Source: Thermoproteota archaeon | Lineage (GTDB): Archaea > Korarchaeota > Korarchaeia > Korarchaeales > JAOZGB01 | Direction of reading: 5' to 3' | DNA length: 13,834 nucleotides | Assembly (NCBI GenBank): GCA_037917685.1 | Contig: JAVCBU010000015.1 | Span: 1 to 13,834 of the forward strand | Part shown: positions 1 through 7,314 of the stretch, in pieces | How the letters are laid out: the number at the start of each line of letters is the position of its first letter | Position numbering within the stretch: position 1 is the first letter of the stretch | Program-made: the position numbers and the translations under genes | Notes under the pieces: model-generated | What the model saw: only the letters and a program-made list of their open reading frames with translations | What the model was told of the DNA's origin: nothing | Database searches by the model: none

Positions 1-73
1 GAATTTTAGCCTTCTATTCAGATAGGAGGCGGCCTATGCCAAAGTCTATCACGGGACCAACGTCGAAGCTACC

Positions 74-301
74 GTGCTGACAAAGAATTTCACAGGGTAG
101 GATGAGTTCTTCTTTGTCAAGAGGGAGGGCGGAATAATAGATCTGAAGAGCCGCCGTGAAATCGTTTATGATTATTTGAAAGATTTACTTTTAAGGGAGG
201 AAGGGAAGAGGATAGTTATTGATGAGTTTCAGCGTTTGCCTAGCGACTTCCATGACTTCCTGCAGGCTTACGCTGAAAAACTGAGTTTAAGCGCGCGCTA
301 A
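74..301 (+). pseudogene. Internal remnant of an archaeal ATPase (ATP-binding protein) gene
   Basis: Frame +2 reads VLTKNFTG*DEFFFVKREGG...KRIVIDEFQRLPSDFHDFLQAYAEK. IVIDEFQRL is a Walker B motif typical of archaeal ATPases. There is an in-frame TAG at 98-100 (possibly from TGG), no Walker A upstream and an early TAA at 299-301. Confidence 0.6.
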
Positions 302-405
302 AGGGGAGCTAGTCTACATGCTTGACTTCATCTGTTCAAAAAGTGGGGGTTACTTAGGTGGGTACTTGGTTCTAATCCTGCCTTCTTTCACAGAGGAAAA
401 TCTCT

Positions 406-424
406 ACCCTGAAATTTCACGGGT
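406..424. promoter_or_regulatory. Palindromic putative operator upstream of the GNAT-thiolase-DUF35 operon
   Basis: Perfect 10-bp palindrome TGAAATTTCA (410-419), extended by ACCC/GGGT with a 1-nt bulge. Extra TTTCAC half-sites at 386-391 and 435-440. Confidence 0.4.
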
Positions 425-450
425 TTGATGTGGGTTTCACTTGTAGATTT

Positions 451-464
451 GGAAAGTTTTTTAG
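451..464 (+). promoter_or_regulatory. Putative archaeal BRE/TATA promoter
   Basis: GGAAAG (BRE-like) followed by TTTTTTAG, ~23-30 nt upstream of ATG 487. Confidence 0.45.
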
Positions 465-486
465 AAAGCTGCACAATGTATGGGTG

Positions 487-1158
487 ATGGCGGAAAGTGT
501 TGAATCCCTGCTAGCTGTGGACTGGGATGTTCCCCGGAAGCCTTACCCACCTAAGTATGTCATACTTCCAACCGGGGAGAGGATGGTGGTGCGTGAGGCT
601 TCTAGAGAGGAGGTTCCCCTACTTTTGGAGGCGATTAAACCACTGTTTAATGTTAGGGCTGACTACTATGACGTTGTTAGTGCGAGGATGTATGCTGAGC
701 TGCTTGGCTGGTACCGGTATAGGGTGAGAAATGAGTACTGCCTCGTGGGCGTGGTGGACGGCAAGCTAGTCGGGATTGTGAACAACAGGCTCTACGATCA
801 GAAAACGTGTGTAAGCCTGCACACAATAGCGTTGAAGAGGGGGAGGAGGATAGGCGCCCACCTCTTCGCGGCGAAGCATGAGCATGCCATGGAGAATTAT
901 GGGGTTGAGGAGATACTTATCACCGCCGAAAGCCCCAGGGGATTTAGGAGGTGGATGCTTGAGTGGGGCCTTGAATACAGGCCGGGCATTCAGCACGAGC
1001 TTGGGGGAGCAGCCTGCTGGGTCCTGACCAGGGAAAACTATTACAGGCAAAGGTCTAAACTTGTCTTCGGCAAGAGGCCGGTTCCCGAGGACATGCTGGA
1101 AAGATCTATGAAGCTTGAAATAGTAACCCCTGACATTCTAAAGGAGGAGAGTGATTAG
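487..1158 (+). CDS. GNAT-family N-acetyltransferase-like protein
   Basis: ORF 430-1158; ATG 487 (MAESVESLL) is the preferred start given the promoter position. GNAT-like pattern: VVREASREEV, CLVGVVDGKLVGIV beta-hairpin and the acetyl-CoA-binding motif A KRGRRIGAHL. Confidence 0.75.
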   Translation: MAESVESLLAVDWDVPRKPYPPKYVILPTGERMVVREASREEVPLLLEAIKPLFNVRADYYDVVSARMYAELLGWYRYRVRNEYCLVGVVDGKLVGIVNNRLYDQKTCVSLHTIALKRGRRIGAHLFAAKHEHAMENYGVEEILITAESPRGFRRWMLEWGLEYRPGIQHELGGAACWVLTRENYYRQRSKLVFGKRPVPEDMLERSMKLEIVTPDILKEESD

Positions 1159-1160
1159 GG

Positions 1161-2345
1161 ATGAGGGAGGTCGCCATAGTTGGCTGCGGGATGACAAAGT
1201 TCGGCCGCCACGACGGCAAAAGCCTGATGGACCTCATGTTGGAGGCCTCCGTGAAGGCTATAGAGGATGCAGGCATAGACAAGAGGATGATAGATGCCTT
1301 GTACGTTGCGAGCATGCTGTGCGGAGAACTCACACATCAAACAGCCGTTGCAAGCGCCGTCGCAGACGAGCTCAGCATCCTTCCCGCCGCCGCTGAGCGG
1401 GTGGAGAACGGGCCCGCATCCGGGGGGTCAGCTGTTAAAAACGCCTTTCTCGCAGTGGCATCGGGACTCTACGACTTCGTTCTCGTAACGGGCGGGGAGA
1501 AGATGAGGCATGTAAGTGGAGACGTGGTCACCGATCTCCTCGCAACCATGACACATCCAACAGCAGAGTACATACATGGGGTTACATTGCCATCGCTCGC
1601 GGCAATGTTTACCAGGCTATACATGAAGAAGTACGGGGTGACACGTAAACATCTCGCCCTTGTAGCGGTTAAAAATCATGCAAACGCGTTGAAAAACCCA
1701 TATGCCCACATTCACAGGCCCCTTACACTCGAGGGGATATACTCGGCGCCGGAGGCCGAGGTTAACAATCCGGTGGTAGCCGACCCCCTAAGGCTCTTCG
1801 ACTTCTGCCCCGTGACCGACGGGGCTGCCTCGGTTCTCCTCTGCCCCGTTGAGAAGGCTAGGGAGCTCCATGATACGGTGGTGGCTATAAGCGGCTTTGG
1901 CCACGCAACCGACACGCTTGCAGTCCATGAAAGGGAAGACCCAACAGTCCTGAAGGCTGTGAGGCTCTCAGCCGAGATGGCGTTTAAAATGGCTAAGACA
2001 AGCCCGAAGAACATAGACGTTGCGGAGCTTCACGACGCATTCACAATCCTAGAGATAGCTGAGAGCGAGGATGCAGGGTTCTTCAAGAAGGGAACCGGGC
2101 ATAGGGCGCTGGAGGAGGGGGTTACAGCCCTAGACGGAGACCTCCCGATAAACCCCTCCGGGGGGCTCAAGGCGAGAGGCCACCCTGTCGGTGCAACCGG
2201 GGTAGCCCAGCTCGTCGAGCTGACATGGCAGCTGAGAGGGGAGGCCGGCAGCCGTCAGGTAGAGGGTGCGGAGCAGGCTTTCAGCTGCAACTTCGGAGGC
2301 TTCGGGAACAATGTTGTCTCATTCGTCCTTAAAAGGGTGAGATGA
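1161..2345 (+). CDS. Thiolase-domain protein (archaeal/SCP2-like acetyl-CoA acetyltransferase family) with atypical active site
   Basis: VAIVGCGMTKFG N-terminus, GGEKM, KNHANALKNPYAH, CPVTDGAA, ELHDAF, INPSGGLKARGHPVGATG and NFGG motifs. The usual EAACASG nucleophile motif reads ENGPASG. Confidence 0.93.
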   Translation: MREVAIVGCGMTKFGRHDGKSLMDLMLEASVKAIEDAGIDKRMIDALYVASMLCGELTHQTAVASAVADELSILPAAAERVENGPASGGSAVKNAFLAVASGLYDFVLVTGGEKMRHVSGDVVTDLLATMTHPTAEYIHGVTLPSLAAMFTRLYMKKYGVTRKHLALVAVKNHANALKNPYAHIHRPLTLEGIYSAPEAEVNNPVVADPLRLFDFCPVTDGAASVLLCPVEKARELHDTVVAISGFGHATDTLAVHEREDPTVLKAVRLSAEMAFKMAKTSPKNIDVAELHDAFTILEIAESEDAGFFKKGTGHRALEEGVTALDGDLPINPSGGLKARGHPVGATGVAQLVELTWQLRGEAGSRQVEGAEQAFSCNFGGFGNNVVSFVLKRVR

Positions 2346-2346
2346 C

Positions 2347-2685
2347 ATGGAGAAGATGGTTGGAGTCAAATGTAGAGACTGCGGCAGAGTCTCATACCCC
2401 GAGAGAAGATTCTGCATAAAATGCGGGAGCGACAGGCTTGAAAAAGTAGAGCTCGAAGGCGAATGTGAACTTCTAACCTACACAGAGCTCTACGCCATAC
2501 CAGTAGGTGTAGACCAGCTCCCACTCGTCCTAGGCATGGTGGAGTTCAAGAACGGTGCAAGAGCAACAGGCCAAATAACAACAAGAAAAGTGAGAATAGG
2601 CATGAAGCTACGCCCGGAATGGGGGGCTTTAAGAACAGTCAAAGGGGAGAAGGTCTACGGATTCAAGTTCAAACCGTTAGAGTAG
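2347..2685 (+). CDS. DUF35-family Zn-ribbon/OB-fold protein (thiolase partner)
   Basis: CRDC...YPERRFCIKCGS zinc ribbon, then an OB-fold (LLTYTE, VLGMVEF, VRIGMKL). Starts 1 nt after the thiolase stop. Confidence 0.92.
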   Translation: MEKMVGVKCRDCGRVSYPERRFCIKCGSDRLEKVELEGECELLTYTELYAIPVGVDQLPLVLGMVEFKNGARATGQITTRKVRIGMKLRPEWGALRTVKGEKVYGFKFKPLE

Positions 2686-2886
2686 CCACGCAAGGGTCAA
2701 CCATCCCCCACCGGGCTTCCTCCAGAACCCTCAGAGCACAAAGATTTCCAGCAGAGTACAGAGAATTCCAGGGCGAACACTATACTCAGCAAGGAAGAGC
2801 TTGACACAGCAAATGAACCTCCTGTCTGGAGGGTCGTAGTATTGCCTGCCGTGGCGCAGCCTATCATCCGGATGTCCCCTCTAGTC

Positions 2887-3213
2887 CTACGCCTGGGACT
2901 CTTCAGGCTCAACCCCTTCTATTACTAGCCATCCTGCGTTGAGCATTGTCAAGAGTAGGAGTGCAGCCCTCTCCTCGGAGACGCCCATGCTTCTTGAAAC
3001 CTCGCCAACAGAGTAGTAGGTCACACCCGGCCTGGCAGGCCTAACATACCTCACCTTTAGCCTGACACCCCTAAGGATCTCCAGGGCCTCCCCGACAACT
3101 CTAGAACGCTTCGAACGGTAGGCGTAGATGCCTGCAGCCACGAGCAGGACGCCTAGGGCGGCGAAAACCATGTCTAGCAGGCTTCTCCCGCCTGAGAGGC
3201 CGACGTAGACCAT
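2887..3213 (-). CDS. Small membrane-anchored hypothetical protein, possible C-terminal winged helix
   Basis: Hydrophobic helix MVFAALGVLLVAAGIYAY followed by basic RSKRSR. The C-terminal SVGEVSRSMGVSEERAALLLLTMLNAGWLVI has a wHTH-like pattern. ATG at 3213. Confidence 0.65.
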   Translation of the reverse strand: MVYVGLSGGRSLLDMVFAALGVLLVAAGIYAYRSKRSRVVGEALEILRGVRLKVRYVRPARPGVTYYSVGEVSRSMGVSEERAALLLLTMLNAGWLVIEGVEPEESQA

Positions 3214-3403
3214 CAACCCGCCCAGACCCGGAGGATAGCTTCGTTTCTAGCTGGGCTTAGTTGCTTGTTACAAACCAGGCTTGAGGAAGTGATTTATGTC
3301 CTGTTTAAGTTAGGGTGGCCTGCTTATAGCTGTTCTGCGATCTCTTAGAAGGCATGGTTTGCTTGTAGTTGGTTGTTCAGCGCTTGCGCCCCCATGTTTA
3401 GGG

Positions 3404-3898
3404 TTAAGATGTCTGGGGATTTGGGTGTTTGGGGGAAGCTGATATTTTGGCCCATAGGTTTTTTAGGGCTTGCATCTGGCTTTGGGTTTCTATGGAGCAT
3501 GGCCTTCTCCTCCTGGTTTCCTCCGCCGCCTTTAGGGGTGTGTATCCGCTTGCTATTAGGAGTGCTGCGAGCATGGTTCCCGTTCTCCCGCATCCGGCGT
3601 AGCAGTGGACTAGGATTTTCGTGTTCCTCCTTTCAGCTTCTCTAACTATGCTTATGAATCTTAGCATTTGGCTTATGGTTGGTGGCGAGAGCTCCGCTAC
3701 CGGTATTACTATGTGGTGGAATCCCAGGTCTCTTATGGCCTGGAGGACTTCGCCGGGCATGTCTGGGTCCAGGGATACTATTATTCGGTGGCCCTGCCTC
3801 CACAGCCAGTATATCTGGCCGGGTGTCGCCGGCATGGCGGAGGCTGAGACTATCGGCGTGAACCTGGAGTAGTTGCTAGGCGGTTCAACCCCTTGCAT
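3404..3898 (-). CDS. Dual-specificity / protein-tyrosine phosphatase family protein
   Basis: P-loop VHCYAGCGRTG (CX5R), IIVSL strand and RRRRPCSIETQSQ loop. Confidence 0.92.
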   Translation of the reverse strand: MQGVEPPSNYSRFTPIVSASAMPATPGQIYWLWRQGHRIIVSLDPDMPGEVLQAIRDLGFHHIVIPVAELSPPTISQMLRFISIVREAERRNTKILVHCYAGCGRTGTMLAALLIASGYTPLKAAEETRRRRPCSIETQSQMQALKNLWAKISASPKHPNPQTS

Positions 3899-3959
3899 GA
3901 GACCTGCACCATCATTATTATTGTTCGGGTGTTCTCTTAATATTGTAGGTGTAGGGTTG

Positions 3960-4433
3960 ATGAGGGTTTACATTGGCTCCGACCATGCTGGCTACAGGTT
4001 GAAGGAGGACTTAAAGGTGCTTCTTAGGGGGCTGGGTGTCAGCATTGTTGACGTAGGCTGCTACTCTGAGAGCCCTGTAGACTATCCAGACATAGCTTTA
4101 AAGGTTGCCGGGGCTGTTAGCAGGGGGGAGGCTGACAGGGGCGTGCTGGTATGTGGCACGGGGATAGGGATGTCCATAGTTGCTAACAAGTTCAGGGGGG
4201 TGAGGGCTGCTGTATGCTGGAGTGTTGAAACCGCGAGGCTGAGCAGGCTCCACAACGACTCCAACATTTTATGCCTCGGCGGTAGAGTGCTCAGCAGCGA
4301 TTTGGCATGTAGGATTCTCGAGGAGTGGCTTAGGACAGGGTTTGAGGGGGGTAGGCACAGGCGTAGGGTTGAGAAGATACTGTCGATTGAGAAATCACGT
4401 CTCGCAGGCGGGGACGCTGAAAATCTCAGGTAG
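3960..4433 (+). CDS. rpiB: Ribose-5-phosphate isomerase B
   Basis: Starts MRVYIGSDHAG at ATG 3960. DYPD, CGTGIG, ANKFRGVRAA, RLHNDSN, LGGR and FEGGRHRRR are RpiB/LacAB signature motifs. Confidence 0.95.
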   Translation: MRVYIGSDHAGYRLKEDLKVLLRGLGVSIVDVGCYSESPVDYPDIALKVAGAVSRGEADRGVLVCGTGIGMSIVANKFRGVRAAVCWSVETARLSRLHNDSNILCLGGRVLSSDLACRILEEWLRTGFEGGRHRRRVEKILSIEKSRLAGGDAENLR

Positions 4434-4470
4434 CTGCTGAAAGTTTCGAGTAGCTACTTTCCCTGTGTCC

Positions 4471-4530
4471 TTATATTTGCCCGTATACTTTTCTCCAATG
4501 CCCAACTGTTAATAGGATTACCTGTTTGAA
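4471..4530 (-). pseudogene. C-terminal remnant of a RelE/ParE-like toxin
   Basis: Minus strand reads FKQVILLTVGHWRKVYGQI*, resembling the RelE C-terminal pattern (V-x-V/L-x-x-V-G-H-R-x-x-V-Y). A stop lies 4 codons upstream and there is no start. Confidence 0.45.
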
Positions 4531-4676
4531 GCCGAGTTGGGGCTAGCTGGAGGTTTAAGAGCTTGTTCTCCAACCTGTTATTCGAGGTAAGATAGCTGGC
4601 GAAACTCTCAAGCTGGGGTAGAGTTGGAGGAACTGGAGGTGTGTTTTATAAGGGTCAAGGTCAGGTATGGGGTCAA

Positions 4677-4805
4677 TCACTGTTTCAACCCCTCCGGATA
4701 TTCTAACACTTCTATTAACTCTAGAAGCTCCTCTAGGAGATCATTAATCTTCAAGTTCCTCGAGAGTTCCCTGTCTCTTATGAGCTCTCCTACTAAATTT
4801 TCGGA
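4677..4805 (-). pseudogene. Gene remnant resembling an archaeal RelB/Phd-type antitoxin
   Basis: Minus strand reads SENLVGELIRDRELSRNLKINDLLEELLELIEVLEYPEGLKQ*. It is an acidic helix similar to the LEELxETLEIL-x-D-P-E antitoxin pattern, lies upstream of the RelE-like remnant and has no start codon. Confidence 0.35.
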
Positions 4806-4960
4806 TTAATTTAATTCTAGCCCAGCAAATAGTTTGGGGAATAGCAGGGGAATATTAATGTGTCTTCTACTCCTGAGTATAACTCAGTTGCGGCCAGCTG
4901 GGAATAGTGAGTATGCGGTTGAGCTTGGCATGTAGATCATGGAAGGATACAATGTTGAGT

Positions 4961-5350
4961 TTAGTATTTAGGGCTCTCTTTCTGCCTTGTTTTTATTTTT
5001 ATGTCTGATAGTTCTCCTATAGCCGTGTGTAGTAGTCTATCGTAGACTTTTGGGTTGTCTTTCAGTATGATCCCCTCTGTTAGAGCTTTATATCGTAGTA
5101 GGGGTGGCGCTCTGTCTAGGGGGACAATGTCGACGGGTATGTTCAGGGTTTCATCTAATACATACCAGGCTCTAAGTAACTCTTTAATACTGAATCTCTC
5201 TTTCAACACTACCCCTATGTCTATATCTCCCACTCTTCTCTGTCTCACTGCAGACCCGAATAGGATGGCGAATGCAACCTGGTTCATCTCTGAGACTGCC
5301 TTCCTGGCCTTGGATAGAATCTCTTTGAGGGATGTGTTGTAGCGTCTCAT
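4961..5350 (-). CDS. Minimal nucleotidyltransferase (MNT/MntA-like antitoxin), copy 1
   Basis: LFGSAVRQRRVGDIDIGV (GS...DxD) and VDIVPL motifs. Its start overlaps the HEPN stop (ATGA, 5347-5350). Confidence 0.9.
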   Translation of the reverse strand: MRRYNTSLKEILSKARKAVSEMNQVAFAILFGSAVRQRRVGDIDIGVVLKERFSIKELLRAWYVLDETLNIPVDIVPLDRAPPLLRYKALTEGIILKDNPKVYDRLLHTAIGELSDIKIKTRQKESPKY

Positions 5351-5760
5351 AGATATGCCTCCCTAATCTTTTCAAGCAGTTTTTCTACACATCTAAAGTT
5401 CTCCTTTACCATGTTGTATACTTTACTGTCGTCTATCACCCAATACCTGTGGATTAGAAGGTTTCTGAGGCCTATAAGCAGCTCAACCTCCCTTATACAT
5501 CCTATGTTTAACCCAATCCTCCCCCCAACTATTCTAACCGCATCCCTATAGGAGCTGGGTGTAACATTGTAAGCCCTTACTGCGATATGGCTGCAGAGGC
5601 TAGCAATGGATTCTACAAGCACCACCAAATTATATCTCATGGAGTAGACCATGTCAATGCTCAACTTAGGAAACGGTGTTTTGCAGATCCTCGCCACCTC
5701 CTCCATGGCATTCCTAGCCTCATATATCTTACTCGTGACAATTTCTTTATCGATAGGCAT
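5347..5760 (-). CDS. HEPN/DUF86 ribonuclease toxin (HepT-like), copy 1
   Basis: RNLLIHRY matches R-X4-H-X-Y. ATG 5760 (MPIDKEIV, 137 aa) is the likely start, matching the length of the second HEPN and the promoter position. Confidence 0.9.
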   Translation of the reverse strand: MPIDKEIVTSKIYEARNAMEEVARICKTPFPKLSIDMVYSMRYNLVVLVESIASLCSHIAVRAYNVTPSSYRDAVRIVGGRIGLNIGCIREVELLIGLRNLLIHRYWVIDDSKVYNMVKENFRCVEKLLEKIREAYL

Positions 5761-5783
5761 CCCACAATAGGAGACCGTTGAAA

Positions 5784-5797
5784 ATATTAATGTTTCT
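5784..5797 (-). promoter_or_regulatory. Putative BRE/TATA promoter of HEPN-MNT pair 1
   Basis: Minus strand AGAAAC-ATTAATAT, with the AT box 24-31 nt upstream of ATG 5760. Confidence 0.5.
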
Positions 5798-5811
5798 ACA
5801 ACAAAGCGCAA

Positions 5812-6066
5812 GTGGAGTACGGCTACGACCCTAGGGGGAGGCTTACAACAGTGCACGCCTTGCTCGACGGCCAGACACTGCTCCTCCTAAACTACACCTA
5901 TGACCCCGAGGGGAACATTGTGGAGCTGCAGACGGAGACACACCTCGAAACCTACACCTACGACCAGGCAGACCGCCTAACCAGTTGGACAGGACCCCTA
6001 GGAGTATGGAGGTACCAGTACGACCTCGCCGGGAACAGGGTTGAACTGCAAACCCCCGAGAAATAT
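5812..6066 (+). pseudogene. RHS/YD-repeat protein fragment
   Basis: Four YD repeats: YGYDPRGRLTTV, YTYDPEGNIVEL, YTYDQADRLTSW and YQYDLAGNRVEL. The repeat pattern ends at ~6066 although the frame runs to 6141. No N-terminus or RHS core end (DPxG) is present. Confidence 0.85.
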
Positions 6067-6171
6067 ATACCCAGGCCAGGGTGGCGGGGGTTGAGGTTAA
6101 AGAAATTATATGGCTACCTGAATATTACATGTGGTGGATGAGGTACTGATTGGGTTGAAGGGGTGGGGGCC

Positions 6172-6288
6172 ATGTCGACTTCGGAGGGCTCCGAACATAG
6201 GTTGAGGATGTTATTGGGGTGTTTGGGGAAGCCGTTTCTCAAGCTTTACAGGGTGCAGCAGAAGTATGGTAAGTATATTGACCCCTGA
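6172..6288 (+). pseudogene. Short ORF / truncated 5' part of a gene downstream of the RHS remnant
   Basis: G-rich SD-like GGGTGGGGG precedes ATG 6172. Translation: MSTSEGSEHRLRMLLGCLGKPFLKLYRVQQKYGKYIDP* (38 aa). Confidence 0.3.
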
Positions 6289-6458
6289 TTATCATTTTCT
6301 TTTATTTTGCCAAGGTGATAGTTGAGCTTCCACTACCATTCAAGATTATTTTTATTACCTCCATTGTAGCTATAGATCTAGTGGTGGTATACCTCTTTGA
6401 GAGGCTTATGGAGAGGAAAAATAGGGAGTGGAAGGGAGTGAGTATTTGGAAGATATGA
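6282..6458 (+). pseudogene. 3' remnant of a membrane-protein gene
   Basis: PLIIIFFYFAKVIVELPLPFKIIFITSIVAIDLVVVYLFERLMERKNREWKGVSIWKI*: hydrophobic helices followed by a charged tail, no convincing start. Confidence 0.4.
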
Positions 6459-6524
6459 TTTCGCCTTGGGTCGCCGAACCCGTAAAGACGTTTATGCCTT
6501 ACAAGATATGGACATGGACACCAG

Positions 6525-6646
6525 TGAGGTTACAGTCGTTATCATAGGATTTCTCAAGAAGAGATATACTTAATATCGAAGAAGATACATGAGAAGTATC
6601 AAGATGTAATATAATATTTGCCAGGTGGAGGATATGGTTGAGATGA
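6525..6646 (+). pseudogene. Degraded copy A of an unrecognised protein C-terminus
   Basis: *GYSRYHRISQEEIYLISKKIHEKYQD[frameshift]NIIFARWRIWLR*, which aligns with the frame at 8035-8163. Confidence 0.6.
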
Positions 6647-6659
6647 ATACGAGGAGCCG

Positions 6660-6686
6660 TGCAATTCCCAGTAACCGTGAATTGCA
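6660..6686. repeat. Inverted repeat / hairpin with 8-bp stem
   Basis: TGCAATTC (6660-6667) and GAATTGCA (6679-6686), just downstream of the copy A stop. Confidence 0.5.
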
Positions 6687-6948
6687 AGGACAAAGGCCTA
6701 TAAGCCTCATGGCGTGGTGTAAGGCTGAAAATCTTTACGCTAGATGCTCCAGATTAGGAGGGCTGAAATTGCTTCAAAGACTCCTGCCAGGGTGAATGGC
6801 CGCTCAGGGCGTTCATCGAATATGAATAAGGTTGTAGAAGATTTTCCTATCATGCGCGGTAATTTTAAGGCGTGTTTGTCAGGTCGTCGGTTATGTTCGG
6901 TAAATGTTTGAGGGGATGTCGTTTGGCTGTTATGTTGGTAATAATCGT

Positions 6949-7314
6949 TTAGGTTTTCCGCATCAGTGTCAATTCGTCGTACACCTGGTTTAGTAATGCT
7001 TCGTAGAGCCCTGGAGTAGATTCTAGTATTAGTTTCCCCTTTACAAGGATTTTATGTCTGAATCTAGTTGGTATCTCGTCCAATGGGACTATATCAACGG
7101 GTATCCCGAGTTCAAGCTCAAGCTTTGCGGTCAGCCTCGAATAGTGTTCAAGGTTTCCTCTAGGAGAATAAACCGCAATGTCTAAATCCCTAAAACTTTC
7201 TAGTTCTACAAAACTCCCGAAAGCAATGGCAAGTAAAACATCCTCTTTACTAAGAATAGCTCTAATCCTTTTCACCAAGGCCTCCCTGTCGCCACGGTAA
7301 TATCTAAACTTCAA
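6949..7314 (-). CDS. Minimal nucleotidyltransferase (MNT/MntA-like antitoxin), copy 2
   Basis: AFGSFVELESFRDLDIAV and VDIVPL motifs. TTG 7314 (MKFRYY, compare MRRYN of copy 1) is the likely start, overlapping the HEPN stop; the ORF track extends it to 7377. Confidence 0.9.
   Translation of the reverse strand: MKFRYYRGDREALVKRIRAILSKEDVLLAIAFGSFVELESFRDLDIAVYSPRGNLEHYSRLTAKLELELGIPVDIVPLDEIPTRFRHKILVKGKLILESTPGLYEALLNQVYDELTLMRKT

Noticed and set aside
2697-2912. 71-aa minus-strand ORF between DUF35 and the membrane protein
   Set aside because: No recognisable motif and an atypical Ser/Gly/Thr-rich composition; cannot be supported as a gene.
4873-4887. Palindrome CTGAGT-ATA-ACTCAG
   Set aside because: 6-bp arms are expected by chance and no associated promoter or gene was found.
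5761-5856. Extended N-termini in the ORF track (HEPN from 5856; also 430, 3873, 7377 and 12127)
   Set aside because: The extensions overlap promoters or neighbouring genes; downstream starts fit SD/promoter signals and family lengths better.
3419-6232. Near-identical GGGTGTTTGGGG(G)AAGC at 3419-3439 and 6213-6232
   Set aside because: Short, low-complexity and imperfect, with one copy inside a CDS. Not convincing as an att site or target duplication.
6634-6795. 53-aa plus-strand ORF (MVEMNTRS...) with GGAGG upstream
   Set aside because: The SD-like sequence lies within remnant A codons and the peptide has no recognisable features.
6890-6940. Imperfect direct repeat GTTATGTT(C)GGTAA, twice
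   Set aside because: Two short copies only; not a CRISPR array or iteron set.
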